Assembly (NCBI GenBank): GCA_051886195.1
Contig: JBJEXW010000005.1
Span: forward strand, 1,360-65,359
DNA length: 64,000 bases
From: Clostridia bacterium
GTDB taxonomy: Bacteria; Bacillota; Clostridia; TANB77; CAG-465
Reading direction: 5' to 3'
The notes below the pieces were generated by a model. It was not told the DNA's origin and made no database searches. It saw only the letters and a list, made by a program, of their open reading frames with translations. Below, in pieces: positions 18,816-28,898 of the stretch (position 1 is its first letter; the number at the start of each line of letters is the position of its first letter). Both the position numbers and the translations under genes were made by a program.

Positions 18816-19586
18816 TTACAATATTGAGAAATATAATGAATCAATTGAGTATATCTTATTTAAGTCTATTTTTTCAAAGATATTATTTATTTCTTTATCT
18901 ATTCGCATAAGTTTATAGTAGTAATCGTTAGCTGTTGCTTCTGTTATGCCACATCTTCTAGTTTCATTTCCTAACTCATTGAATAAAGAAGAAACAATAT
19001 GTCTTTTTTTTCTGTCATTGCTATGAAGATATTCTCCAAGATTTTTATATTGATTTTTTAAAGTTTCGTTATTATTCATTGCTGTAATTTCAAATAAATA
19101 AAGTGACGTATAATTATTTTTTAAACAGTAGTCATATATTTCAGAATATTCATTGTAGAATCTGTTTAATTTTTTAATTACTTTTTCTGAAGTTAAAAAT
19201 TTATTAGATACTTCTTTACTTGAGTTATAGTAAGTTTGAGTACTTATGTCATTTAGTAGTTTAAAGAAGTTTAATGGTTCTAAATTTTTAAAAATTAATA
19301 AAGAAAATTCATAGTCACCAAGTTCTTTAAAAGCTTTTGCAAAAGCTTCAAGAGTTAAACATGTTAAGTTAACTTCAAATGGAAGATCTTCATCCAAAGA
19401 ATCACTCATTAGTTTAACTAATAGAGATAATGATAAATATCTTCTGTTAGTGTATAAATTTATAGCGTTATCTCCTATAAAAGTTATTTTGCGAGTCATA
19501 GCATTTGATGAGTTCTCTTTTGCTGACATTTCAGCCTCCTTTAATTCATTACTTTTTTGTACATTACTTGATTTTTTCATATACAA
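18816..19586 (-). CDS. Hypothetical protein
   Basis: 256 aa ORF; AAGGAGG RBS (ATG at 19580 is the more likely start); own promoter TTGCAG-17-TATAAT on the minus strand. Confidence 0.7.
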   Translation of the reverse strand: MYMKKSSNVQKSNELKEAEMSAKENSSNAMTRKITFIGDNAINLYTNRRYLSLSLLVKLMSDSLDEDLPFEVNLTCLTLEAFAKAFKELGDYEFSLLIFKNLEPLNFFKLLNDISTQTYYNSSKEVSNKFLTSEKVIKKLNRFYNEYSEIYDYCLKNNYTSLYLFEITAMNNNETLKNQYKNLGEYLHSNDRKKRHIVSSLFNELGNETRRCGITEATANDYYYKLMRIDKEINNIFEKIDLNKIYSIDSLYFSIL

Positions 19587-19759
19587 ATTCCTCCTTATAA
19601 ATTATTAAATTATTTTTTTGTTATTCCCATTACGAATAACATATGCAATTATCATCGAGGTCTATATTATATCATAATTTACATAAAACTGCAAGTGATC
19701 CTTTACATTTTTTTATATAAATGGTATAATTTGTTAGAAATTTGAAAGGATTTTTAATT

Positions 19760-20980
19760 ATGAAGAGTGAAAGAAATTATATAAAAGTTATAATTGATGA
19801 AAAAGGAAGAAAGCAACAAGAAGATGGACATCCTTGGGTTTATGATAATGAAATTATAAAAATTGAAGGAAGTTATGAAAATGGAGATATAGTAGATGTT
19901 CTATCTCAAAAAGGAAAGTATCTTGGTTCAGGATTTATAAACAACAATTCCAAAATAATGATTAGAATTATTTCAAGAAATGCAAATGATAATTTTGATG
20001 AAGCATTTTTTGAAAGAAGAATAAAATATGCTTGGGATTATAGAAAAACAGTTATGGGAGAAGATATAAATTGTTGTAGAATTATTTTTGGAGAGTCAGA
20101 TGAGTTTCCAGGTCTTACAATAGATAGATTTAATGATATCTTAGTTGCTCAAGTACTTTCTTTAGGAATAGAAAAAAGAAAAGATATGATTTTTAATTTA
20201 ATATATAAAATATTAAGAGAAGATAATCAAAAAATTATTGGAATATATGAAAGAAATGATGTTGAAATACGTAAACTAGAAGGGCTTGAAGAATATAAAG
20301 GATATTATAAACTTAAAGATGTTGAAGTTCCTAATTATACGATTACTGAAATTATTGAAAATGGAATTAAGTATAAAGTTGATGTAGAAAATGGTCAGAA
20401 AACTGGATTTTTTCTTGATCAAAAATATAATAGATTAGCAATATCTAAAATAGCTAAAGACAAGAATGTATTAGACTGCTTTACTCATACTGGTTCGTTT
20501 GCACTTAATGCAGCAAAAGGTGGTGCAAAACATGTACATGCAGTAGACATTTCTGAAACTGCAACTCAGATGGCAAAAGAAAATGCCAAATTAAATGGAT
20601 TAGAAAAAAATATGAGCTTTGAGACAGTAAATGTCTTTGATTTACTTCCACAGCTAAAAAATAATGAATATGATTTTATAATTCTTGATCCACCAGCATT
20701 TACTAAATCAAGAAAGACAATTGAAAATGCAAAAAGAGGATATAAACAAATTAATTATAGAGCAATGAAAGCTTTACCAAGAGGTGGATACCTAGCAACT
20801 TGTTCATGTTCTCATTTTATGAATGAAGAAAAATTTTTAGCAATGCTAAAAGATGCTGCTAAAGATGCGGGAGTTAGACTTAGACAAATTGAAAAGAGGC
20901 AACAATCACCGGATCATCCGATTTTATTAAATGTAGAAGAGACAGATTATTTAAAATTTTTCATATTTCAAGTAGTATAA
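19760..20980 (+). CDS. rlmI: Class I SAM-dependent rRNA methyltransferase, RlmI/YwbD family
   Basis: GHPWVY PUA domain, GQKTGFFLDQ, LDCFTHTGSF, ILDPPAF, TCSCS. Confidence 0.88.
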   Translation: MKSERNYIKVIIDEKGRKQQEDGHPWVYDNEIIKIEGSYENGDIVDVLSQKGKYLGSGFINNNSKIMIRIISRNANDNFDEAFFERRIKYAWDYRKTVMGEDINCCRIIFGESDEFPGLTIDRFNDILVAQVLSLGIEKRKDMIFNLIYKILREDNQKIIGIYERNDVEIRKLEGLEEYKGYYKLKDVEVPNYTITEIIENGIKYKVDVENGQKTGFFLDQKYNRLAISKIAKDKNVLDCFTHTGSFALNAAKGGAKHVHAVDISETATQMAKENAKLNGLEKNMSFETVNVFDLLPQLKNNEYDFIILDPPAFTKSRKTIENAKRGYKQINYRAMKALPRGGYLATCSCSHFMNEEKFLAMLKDAAKDAGVRLRQIEKRQQSPDHPILLNVEETDYLKFFIFQVV

Positions 20981-21020
20981 AAAAATGGTAATATAGGAAA
21001 ATCTATATTACCTTTTTTAA

Positions 21021-21491
21021 TTACTCAACTATAAATTCAGTATTAATTAATTTATAGTCTATTTTATTTTCTTTTTTATTCATTTTTAATTTATATGTAT
21101 AAATTGAACAGTCTACAGAATCATCTTTTTTTAGTGTTACTGTTAAAGTTAATTTTTTTAGATCAAAACTATTGCTTAAAGTATAAGTAGTTTTAGCATC
21201 TTCGCTTGTATAATTTGATAGTAATTCATTTATAATATTTTCTTGACTTATTACATAGTGGGTATACGTAATAAAGTTTATATATATTGATGTATCTTTA
21301 TTTAGTAGTATTTTTTCATTTACTCTTTCATCTAATATTTCTTTATATATATCTGTTACTAAAGTAATTTGTCTATACTCATCTGAAATAAATCCTAATT
21401 TTTTATTTTTATTAGATAATAATATAACAAAAACAAATGCAATTATAATTATTAATGAAACAATAATTAAAATTAAATTCCTTTTTCTCAT
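21021..21491 (-). CDS. Hypothetical membrane-anchored protein
   Basis: MRKRN plus a hydrophobic anchor; GAGGTG RBS supports the ATG at 21491. Confidence 0.65.
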   Translation of the reverse strand: MRKRNLILIIVSLIIIIAFVFVILLSNKNKKLGFISDEYRQITLVTDIYKEILDERVNEKILLNKDTSIYINFITYTHYVISQENIINELLSNYTSEDAKTTYTLSNSFDLKKLTLTVTLKKDDSVDCSIYTYKLKMNKKENKIDYKLINTEFIVE

Positions 21492-21611
21492 ATACAACAC
21501 CTCATACAAAAATTATAGCATAGTAAAAAAAATTACACAATATTTTATTTAAAATACCCTTTTCATTTTTTTATCTTTATAGTATAATGCAACTTAAAAG
21601 GGGACTGGAGT

Positions 21612-22865
21612 ATGAATATAGAAGAAAAAGCAACGTATTGTCTTAGTTGTAAAAATAAAAATTGTATGAAAGGATGTCCATTATCTAACGATATTACGGA
21701 TACAATAAAATTTGTAAAAGAAGAAGATTATACTAAGGCATTTGAAAAAATTACACAGACAACAATATTATCTAGTATTTGTGGTAGAATTTGTCCACAT
21801 ACTAAACAATGTCAAGGAAGTTGTGTTAGGGGAATAAGAGGAGAAAGTGTAGAAATAGGAGAAATTGAAGCTTTTGTTGGAGATTACGGACTAGATAATA
21901 ATATAGAAATTAAAAATTTAAGTGAATATAAAGAACTAGACAAAAGTGTAGCTGTAATTGGCAGTGGTCCTTGCGGTATAACATGTGCTGCAACATTAAA
22001 AAGACTTGGTATAAATAAAGTAGATTTATATGAAAAAAAATCATACTTAGGCGGGCTTTTAGTACATGGCATACCAGAGTTTAGATTACCTAAAAGTATT
22101 GTAAAAAAAGTATATGAAAAAATAATAAATCTTGGAATAGATGTTAAAAACAATATGGAGCTTGGTAAAAATATTGATTTAGAAGATTTGAAATCTAAAT
22201 ATGATGCTGTTTTTATAGCTATTGGAGCCAATAAATCATCTAAAATGAATATAGATGGAGAAGGTCTTATAGGTGTATATGGTGGAAATGAGTTATTAGA
22301 ATATAAAAATTATCCGGATTTTAATGGGAAGAGTGTGGCAGTAATTGGCGGAGGAAATGTTGCAATGGATGCTTCTAGAACTATAAAAAAACTAGGAGCA
22401 GATCATGTATATGTTATTTATAGGAGAGCTGAAGAACAAATGCCAGCAGAGAAAAAAGAAATAAAAGACGCAAAAGCTGAAGGTATTGAGTTTAGATTTT
22501 TAAATAATATTGTAAAGATATTAGGTAAGGATAAAGTTGAAAAAATAGAATGTATAAAAACAGAGCTAATATATGAAGAAGGAAAGAGGCCTTATCCAGT
22601 AAATATAGAAAATTCAAATTATACTTTAGATATGGATTATGTAGTAATGGCAATAGGCTCTTGTCTTGAAAAAAATGTTATGGATGGTTTAGAAAAGAAT
22701 GAATGGGGAAAAATTAAGATAGATGAAAATTATAGGACTAATATAGAAAATGTATATGCAGCTGGAGATGCAGCTGGAATAAAATCTACAGTGGCTTGGG
22801 CTAGTTGTTCTGGAAGAGAAGCTGCTAAGAAAATATATAATGACTTAAAGGAAAAAAATAAATGA
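21612..22865 (+). CDS. GltD/NfnB-like NAD(P)H-dependent Fe-S flavoprotein
   Basis: CLSC...CMKGCP, CGRICPHTKQCQGSC, GSGPCG, GGGNVAMD, VYAAGD. Confidence 0.88.
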   Translation: MNIEEKATYCLSCKNKNCMKGCPLSNDITDTIKFVKEEDYTKAFEKITQTTILSSICGRICPHTKQCQGSCVRGIRGESVEIGEIEAFVGDYGLDNNIEIKNLSEYKELDKSVAVIGSGPCGITCAATLKRLGINKVDLYEKKSYLGGLLVHGIPEFRLPKSIVKKVYEKIINLGIDVKNNMELGKNIDLEDLKSKYDAVFIAIGANKSSKMNIDGEGLIGVYGGNELLEYKNYPDFNGKSVAVIGGGNVAMDASRTIKKLGADHVYVIYRRAEEQMPAEKKEIKDAKAEGIEFRFLNNIVKILGKDKVEKIECIKTELIYEEGKRPYPVNIENSNYTLDMDYVVMAIGSCLEKNVMDGLEKNEWGKIKIDENYRTNIENVYAAGDAAGIKSTVAWASCSGREAAKKIYNDLKEKNK

Positions 22866-23446
22866 ATAAAAATATTATAGAAAATAATCTAAAAACAAAA
22901 ATAATTGGAAAAGAAATAGTATGTTATGATATAATTGATTCAACTCAAGAAGAAGTTAAAAGAAATAGTTCTCTTGAAAATGGTACAGTAATAATTGCTG
23001 AAAGGCAAACTAAAGGTAAGGGAACTCATGGGCGTGTTTGGTATACAGATACAGAATATAAAAACATTGCAATGTCTCTTATACTTTTTCCTGAATGTAA
23101 AATTTCTAAATTAAAAGAAATTACAATTATTATAGCAAAATGTATAGTTAGAACATTTGAAAAGTTATACAATTTAAATCTCGAAATAAAGGAACCAAAT
23201 GATATAGTATTTAATAGCAAGAAAATAGGCGGTATTCTTGTTGAGTCAAAACTAGTCGGTGAGATAGTAAAAAAATTATATATTGGAATCGGAATAAATA
23301 TATTACAACAAAATTTTAATTCTAATATAGAAAATGTTGCTTCATCTATATTAAATGAGTTTAATATAGAGTGTAACAGAGAAAAAATAATTGCTGAATT
23401 TTTTAATATATTTGAAAAAGAATATTTGAAATTATTGGAGGATTAG
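22862..23446 (+). CDS. birA: Biotin-protein ligase without a DNA-binding HTH
   Basis: IDSTQ, AERQTKGKGTHGRVW, IKEPNDI, KKIGGIL, IGIGINI. Confidence 0.88.
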   Translation: MNKNIIENNLKTKIIGKEIVCYDIIDSTQEEVKRNSSLENGTVIIAERQTKGKGTHGRVWYTDTEYKNIAMSLILFPECKISKLKEITIIIAKCIVRTFEKLYNLNLEIKEPNDIVFNSKKIGGILVESKLVGEIVKKLYIGIGINILQQNFNSNIENVASSILNEFNIECNREKIIAEFFNIFEKEYLKLLED

Positions 23447-23447
23447 T

Positions 23448-24017
23448 ATGAATAGAACAAAGAGAAAAATATTTGAGACATCAATGGATTTGTTTGCAAA
23501 AAAAGGGTATGATGCCACTAGTATTGAAGAGATAACTTCTGTTGTTGGAATAGCAAAAGGAACTTTATATTATCATTTTTCAAGTAAAGAAGAAATATTA
23601 GAATTTTTAATAGCAGAAGGAATGAAACTTTTAAAACACAGCTTAGAATTAAAAAGTAGAATTGCAAATACGTTTGAAGAAAAAGTTCATGCTATGATAC
23701 TTGTCGAAGTAAAGGTTGTAGATAAATATGAGAGTCTAATTAATCTTATTATGAATGAGTTTTGTGGCGATGGAAAAAGAAATGAAAAATGTAGAGAATG
23801 TGTTTATGAGTGCGTAGATGTTATTGAGAATGTATTAAAAAACGGCATAGAAAATGGAGATATAAAAGAATGTGATACTAGAGCAGTAGCTTTTGAAATT
23901 TTTGGGGTTATTTGTTCTGGTGTTATGCTTAGATACGAAAATAATAAGAAGATAGATATTGGAGCAACAGCAAAAAAATTTAGTAATATAGTTATTAATG
24001 GAATATTAGAGAGATAA
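23448..24017 (+). CDS. TetR/AcrR family transcriptional regulator
   Basis: LFAKKGYDATSIEEIT...GIAKGTLYYHFSSKEEI HTH. Confidence 0.93.
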   Translation: MNRTKRKIFETSMDLFAKKGYDATSIEEITSVVGIAKGTLYYHFSSKEEILEFLIAEGMKLLKHSLELKSRIANTFEEKVHAMILVEVKVVDKYESLINLIMNEFCGDGKRNEKCRECVYECVDVIENVLKNGIENGDIKECDTRAVAFEIFGVICSGVMLRYENNKKIDIGATAKKFSNIVINGILER

Positions 24018-24094
24018 ATATGTAAATAAAATAGTTGAAAAGTGTTTGAAATAAAATACTTTTCTTTTTTTACTCATTTTACAAATGAAACAGA

Positions 24095-24106
24095 CTGACC
24101 AGTCAG
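24095..24106. promoter_or_regulatory. Candidate operator upstream of the fab operon
   Basis: CTGAC-CA-GTCAG, a GC-rich inverted repeat in AT-rich DNA between the TetR gene and fabH. Confidence 0.5.
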
Positions 24107-24159
24107 GTTAGTGATTTTAAGAAAAGTTTAGTATAAACTAATTATAGTTGGAGGTAAAT

Positions 24160-25080
24160 ATGAATTCTTTTAATATAAAAGCAACAGGAAAATATGTTCC
24201 AAAAAGAATTGTATATAATAAAATTTTAGAAGAAGAAAATAATTTAGAAAATGGCTATATATACAAAAGAACTGGTATAGAAAAAAGGTTTTACTCAAAT
24301 GAAGAAACATTAGAAGATTTAGCTATAAATGCTGTTAAAGATATGTTAGCAAAATATAAAGATGTAAATATTTATGATCTTGATATGATTATTGTTGCAT
24401 CTACTTCATATACAAATATAATGCCTTCACTTTCTTTTAAAATTCAAAAATATTTTGAAATACAAGATTGTATATGTATGGATATATTAGCAGGTTGTAG
24501 TGGATATATAAACGCTATAGATGTAGCGCAAAAATATATTAAAACTTCTTGTGTAAAAAATGCAATAGTAATTGGAGCAGATATATTGTCTAGAAATAAT
24601 TATGAAAACATTAACACTAAAATGCTATTTGGAGATGGAGCTGGAGTTATATATTTTGAAAAATCAGATTTACCAAAAAAGTATTTTAGTAAAATATGTA
24701 GCTATGAAGATAGAGATAATATTTTAAGCTGTAATATGAATCATGATTTGTATATGAATGGAAAAGAAGTATATAAATTTGCTACAACAAAGACAATAGA
24801 AAATCTAAATGAAGTTTTAGATATTAGCAAAACAAAAATTGAGGAAATAAAATTTGTTATTCCACATCAATCTAATATAAGAATAATTGAAAAAATTAGT
24901 AAAAAGACAAATGCAAGAATATATACAAATATAAGTGAATATGGGAATACATTTTGTGCAAGTATTCCAATAGCTATTGATGAATTATTCTCTTCTAAAA
25001 CAATTTGTGAAGAAGATAAGATTATATTGTTAGGATATGGTGGAGGATTAAATTTAGGAAGTATATTAATGGAGGTATAA
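24160..25080 (+). CDS. fabH: 3-oxoacyl-ACP synthase III
   Basis: Cys-His-Asn triad in AGCSG, PHQSN and GNTFCASIP; start at 24160 by RBS. Confidence 0.9.
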   Translation: MNSFNIKATGKYVPKRIVYNKILEEENNLENGYIYKRTGIEKRFYSNEETLEDLAINAVKDMLAKYKDVNIYDLDMIIVASTSYTNIMPSLSFKIQKYFEIQDCICMDILAGCSGYINAIDVAQKYIKTSCVKNAIVIGADILSRNNYENINTKMLFGDGAGVIYFEKSDLPKKYFSKICSYEDRDNILSCNMNHDLYMNGKEVYKFATTKTIENLNEVLDISKTKIEEIKFVIPHQSNIRIIEKISKKTNARIYTNISEYGNTFCASIPIAIDELFSSKTICEEDKIILLGYGGGLNLGSILMEV

Positions 25081-25081
25081 A

Positions 25082-26005
25082 ATGAAAATCGCTTTTTTAT
25101 TCCCTGGCCAGGGATCACAAAGTGTTGGAATGTGTAAAGACATTTATGATAAATACAAAGAGGCAAGAGATGTTTATGATAAATCAAGCAAAATATTGAA
25201 TAGAAATATTCCAAATCTTTGTTTTAATTCAACTCAAGAAGAATTAAATAATACAATTAATACACAGGTTGCAATACTTGTAAGTTCTCTTGCAATATGT
25301 AATGTTTTAAATAAATATAATATTGTTCCAGATGTTTGTGCAGGTCTAAGTTTAGGAGAATACACTGCTTTAATTCAAGCAGGATATTTAGATTTTGAAG
25401 ATGGATTAAAACTTGTAGAAAAACGTGGAAGTATAATGCAAGAATACAATTCAGATAAATATATGATGGCAGCAGTTGTAGGATTAGAAAGTAGTATAAT
25501 AGAAAAAATATGTAATGAAACAGAAGGCTTTATTGTCCCAGCAAATTATAATTATTCAATGCAGACTGTTATATCAGGAGAAAAAGATGCTATTTTAAAA
25601 GCAACAGAAAAATTAAAAGAAGCTGGAGCTAAAAAGGTAATTGAATTAAATACATCTGGACCTTTTCATACTATAAAATTAAATGAGGCAAGCCTAAAAT
25701 TAAAAAATGAAATTGAAAATGTTAGTTTTAGGCATGGTAATATTAGAGTATTAAAAAATTTAGATGCTACAGAATATAGCGAAAATGAAGATTATGAAAA
25801 AACTTTATCAACACATATGGTTAGTCCTGTAAGAATGGATAAAATAATATCTAGTTTAGATAAAGAAAACGTGGATTTATATGTTGAAGTTGGACCAGGA
25901 AGAGCTCTTGGGGGATTTGTAAGAAAAGAGCTAGATAATGCAAAAGTAATAAGCGTAAATAGTGTTGACAGTTTAAATAAATTATTAGAATTAGTGAAGG
26001 AGTAG
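25082..26005 (+). CDS. fabD: Malonyl-CoA:ACP transacylase
   Basis: FPGQGSQ, GLSLGEY, SGPFH. Confidence 0.96.
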   Translation: MKIAFLFPGQGSQSVGMCKDIYDKYKEARDVYDKSSKILNRNIPNLCFNSTQEELNNTINTQVAILVSSLAICNVLNKYNIVPDVCAGLSLGEYTALIQAGYLDFEDGLKLVEKRGSIMQEYNSDKYMMAAVVGLESSIIEKICNETEGFIVPANYNYSMQTVISGEKDAILKATEKLKEAGAKKVIELNTSGPFHTIKLNEASLKLKNEIENVSFRHGNIRVLKNLDATEYSENEDYEKTLSTHMVSPVRMDKIISSLDKENVDLYVEVGPGRALGGFVRKELDNAKVISVNSVDSLNKLLELVKE

Positions 26006-26011
26006 ATTAAT

Positions 26012-26752
26012 ATGGAAGATAATAAAGTAGCCCTTGTTACAGGCGGTACTAGAGGAATAGGAAGAAAGATAGCAGAAAAATTTGCAGAAAATGGATATGA
26101 TTTAGTTTTAAATTATGTATCAGATAATGTGGATTTAGAAGCTATTAATGAAGCTTTTAAAAAGTATAATAATAGTGTGCTAATTTTAAAAGCAGATGTT
26201 TCAAAGTATGAAGAATGCGAAAATTTAGTTAAAGAGGCAATTAATAAATTTGGAAAAGTAGATGTTCTTGTTAATAATGCAGGAATTACAAAGGATGGCT
26301 TAATTGCTATGATGAAAGAGGAAAATTTTAGTAAAGTAATGGATGTAAACTTAAAAGGAACATTTAATATGTGCAGAAATTTAGTACCATATATGATGAA
26401 AAAGAAAAGTGGAAACATTGTAAATATTTCTTCAGTTGTTGGTGTTGTTGGAAATGCTGGACAATCAAATTATGCAGCATCAAAAGCTGGAATAATAGGC
26501 TTTAGCAAATCACTTGCTAAAGAACTTGCTGGCAGAAATATAAGAGTAAATGCTGTTGCACCTGGATTTATAGATACAGATATGACAAGTGTTTTAACAG
26601 ATAAAGTTAAGGAGAATATTTATTCGCAAATTCCACTAAAACGTATGGGAGAAGCAAAAGAAGTAGCAAATGTTGTATATTTTCTTTCAAGTGAAGAAAG
26701 TTCATATATAACTGGTCAGGTAATAAATGTAGATGGTGGAATGGTAATGTAG
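26012..26752 (+). CDS. fabG: 3-oxoacyl-ACP reductase
   Basis: TGGTRGIG, NNAGIT, YAASK, VDGGM. Confidence 0.96.
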   Translation: MEDNKVALVTGGTRGIGRKIAEKFAENGYDLVLNYVSDNVDLEAINEAFKKYNNSVLILKADVSKYEECENLVKEAINKFGKVDVLVNNAGITKDGLIAMMKEENFSKVMDVNLKGTFNMCRNLVPYMMKKKSGNIVNISSVVGVVGNAGQSNYAASKAGIIGFSKSLAKELAGRNIRVNAVAPGFIDTDMTSVLTDKVKENIYSQIPLKRMGEAKEVANVVYFLSSEESSYITGQVINVDGGMVM

Positions 26753-26763
26753 GAGGATTAGTA

Positions 26764-27996
26764 ATGAATAAGAGAGTTGTAATAACAGGAATGGGAGCTA
26801 TAACTCCTATAGGAAATAATGTAAATGAGCTATTTAAAGGAATTGTAGAGTGTAAATGTGGTATAGATGATATTACACTTTTTGATGCAAAAGATTTTAA
26901 AGTAAAGCTTGCAGCTGAAGTAAAAGGATATAATCCAGAAGAATATCTAGATAGGAGAGCAGCTAAAAGAATGGATAGATTTACACAATTTGGAGTAATT
27001 GCAGCAAGAGAAGCTATGAAAGATAGCAGATTAAATAATGAAAATATAGATATGGAAAAAGTTGGTGTAATAGTGAGTTCTGGAATAGGTGGACTTAAGA
27101 CAATAGAGGAGCAAAACATTAATTTAAATCAAAAAGGTTCAGATAAAGTATCACCCATGTATATACCAATGGCAATTTCAAATATGGCTGCAGGTAATAT
27201 TGCAATAGACTTAGGAATAAAAGGTGAATCTTCTTGTATTGTAACAGCCTGTGCAAGTGGAACTCATTCAATAGGTGAAGCGTTTAGATTAATTAGACAT
27301 GGATATCAAGAGGCAGTTTTATGCGGTGGCTGTGAAGCTTCAATTACGCCTTCAGGTATTGCCGGATTTACTACAATAAAAGCTTTAAACACTACATCAG
27401 ATAAAACTCGTGCAAGTACTCCTTGGGATAAAGAAAGAGCTGGTTTTGTTATGGGTGAAGGTGCAGGAGTTCTTGTATTAGAAGAACTTGAACATGCTAT
27501 AAATAGAGGAGCAAAAATTTATGCTGAAGTGGTTGGATATGGTGCATCATCAGATGCTTATCATATAACTTCTCCGGCTCCAGGTGGAGAAGGTGGTGCA
27601 AGAGCAATGATTAATGCTATTAAAGATGCAAATATCTCTTCTGATGATATAACATATATAAATGCTCACGGAACATCAACACATTTAAATGATTTATATG
27701 AAACACAAGCAATAAAAACAGCTTTTAAAAATACAGATAAATTATATGTAAGCTCAACAAAAGGTCATACTGGACATTTACTTGGAGCAGCTGGAGCTGT
27801 AGAGGCAATTATTTGTGCAAAAGCAATTGAAGAAAATGTTGTTCCGCCTACTATAGGATATAAAGTTCCAGATGAAGAATGCGATTTAAATATTGTACCT
27901 AATAAGCCAATTAAATCAGAAATAAAATATGCAATGTCAAACTCACTTGGTTTTGGTGGACATAATAGCAGTGTAATATTTAAAAAATACGAATAA
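26764..27996 (+). CDS. fabF: 3-oxoacyl-ACP synthase II
   Basis: TACASG, NAHGTST, GHLLGAAG, NSLGFGGHN. Confidence 0.97.
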   Translation: MNKRVVITGMGAITPIGNNVNELFKGIVECKCGIDDITLFDAKDFKVKLAAEVKGYNPEEYLDRRAAKRMDRFTQFGVIAAREAMKDSRLNNENIDMEKVGVIVSSGIGGLKTIEEQNINLNQKGSDKVSPMYIPMAISNMAAGNIAIDLGIKGESSCIVTACASGTHSIGEAFRLIRHGYQEAVLCGGCEASITPSGIAGFTTIKALNTTSDKTRASTPWDKERAGFVMGEGAGVLVLEELEHAINRGAKIYAEVVGYGASSDAYHITSPAPGGEGGARAMINAIKDANISSDDITYINAHGTSTHLNDLYETQAIKTAFKNTDKLYVSSTKGHTGHLLGAAGAVEAIICAKAIEENVVPPTIGYKVPDEECDLNIVPNKPIKSEIKYAMSNSLGFGGHNSSVIFKKYE

Positions 27997-28026
27997 TAAA
28001 AGAAGAAAGGAGATAGAAGCGTAGCT

Positions 28027-28452
28027 ATGGAGTATGAACAAATAAAGAAAATAATAAATGACATGAGTCAATCACAACTTAATAGTTTAAACATAGAATT
28101 TCCAGATGGAGCAAAAATAAGTTTAACGAAAGATAGTAATATAACTTCAAAAGTGGAAAGTCCATTAATTATAAAAGATAATAAAGAGATAGTTAAAGAA
28201 GAAATAGTTGATGAAGTTAAAAACATAGTAAAATCACCAATGGTTGGAACTTTCTATCTTAAACCAGCTCCAGATAAAGAAGAATTTGTTAAAGTTGGAG
28301 ATAAAGTGGAAAAAGGTCAAGTATTATGCATTATTGAAGCTATGAAATTAATGAATGAAATAGAATCTGAATATGATGGTGAAATTGTAGAAATTTGTGT
28401 AAATAACGAAGAAATGGTAGATTATGGGAAACCATTATTTAAGATAAAATAG
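28027..28452 (+). CDS. accB: Biotin carboxyl carrier protein
   Basis: [15 protein letters not shown] biotinylation site. Confidence 0.95.
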   Translation: MEYEQIKKIINDMSQSQLNSLNIEFPDGAKISLTKDSNITSKVESPLIIKDNKEIVKEEIVDEVKNIVKSPMVGTFYLKPAPDKEEFVKVGDKVEKGQVLCIIEAMKLMNEIESEYDGEIVEICVNNEEMVDYGKPLFKIK

Positions 28453-28465
28453 GAGGAAATATATA

Positions 28466-28888
28466 ATGTTAGATATAGAGGGAATAATGAAGATAATACC
28501 ACAAAGAGCTCCTTTCTTAATGATAGATAGAGTGGAGAGCTTTGAAGCAGGAAAGAATTGTGTAGCATATAAAAATGTATGTATAAATGAGCCATATTTT
28601 CAAGGGCATTTCCCTTCAAAACCAATCATGCCAGGAGTATTAATCGTTGAAGCGTTAGCTCAAGCAGGTGCTGTAGCAATTTTATCTAAAGAAGAAAATA
28701 AAGGAAAAAATGCATTATTTGGTGGAATAGATAAATTGAGGTTTAAAAAACAAGTAGTACCAGGAGATACATTAAAATTAGAAGTTAATATTATTAAAGA
28801 AAAAGGACCTATTGGTATAGGAGAAGCAACAGCATTTGTTAATGATAAAATAGTAGCTAAAGGTGAGCTAACATTTGCAGTAGTATAG
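28466..28888 (+). CDS. fabZ: 3-hydroxyacyl-ACP dehydratase
   Basis: GHFP...[21 protein letters not shown]. Confidence 0.95.
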   Translation: MLDIEGIMKIIPQRAPFLMIDRVESFEAGKNCVAYKNVCINEPYFQGHFPSKPIMPGVLIVEALAQAGAVAILSKEENKGKNALFGGIDKLRFKKQVVPGDTLKLEVNIIKEKGPIGIGEATAFVNDKIVAKGELTFAVV

Positions 28889-28898
28889 GAGAAAAAAT

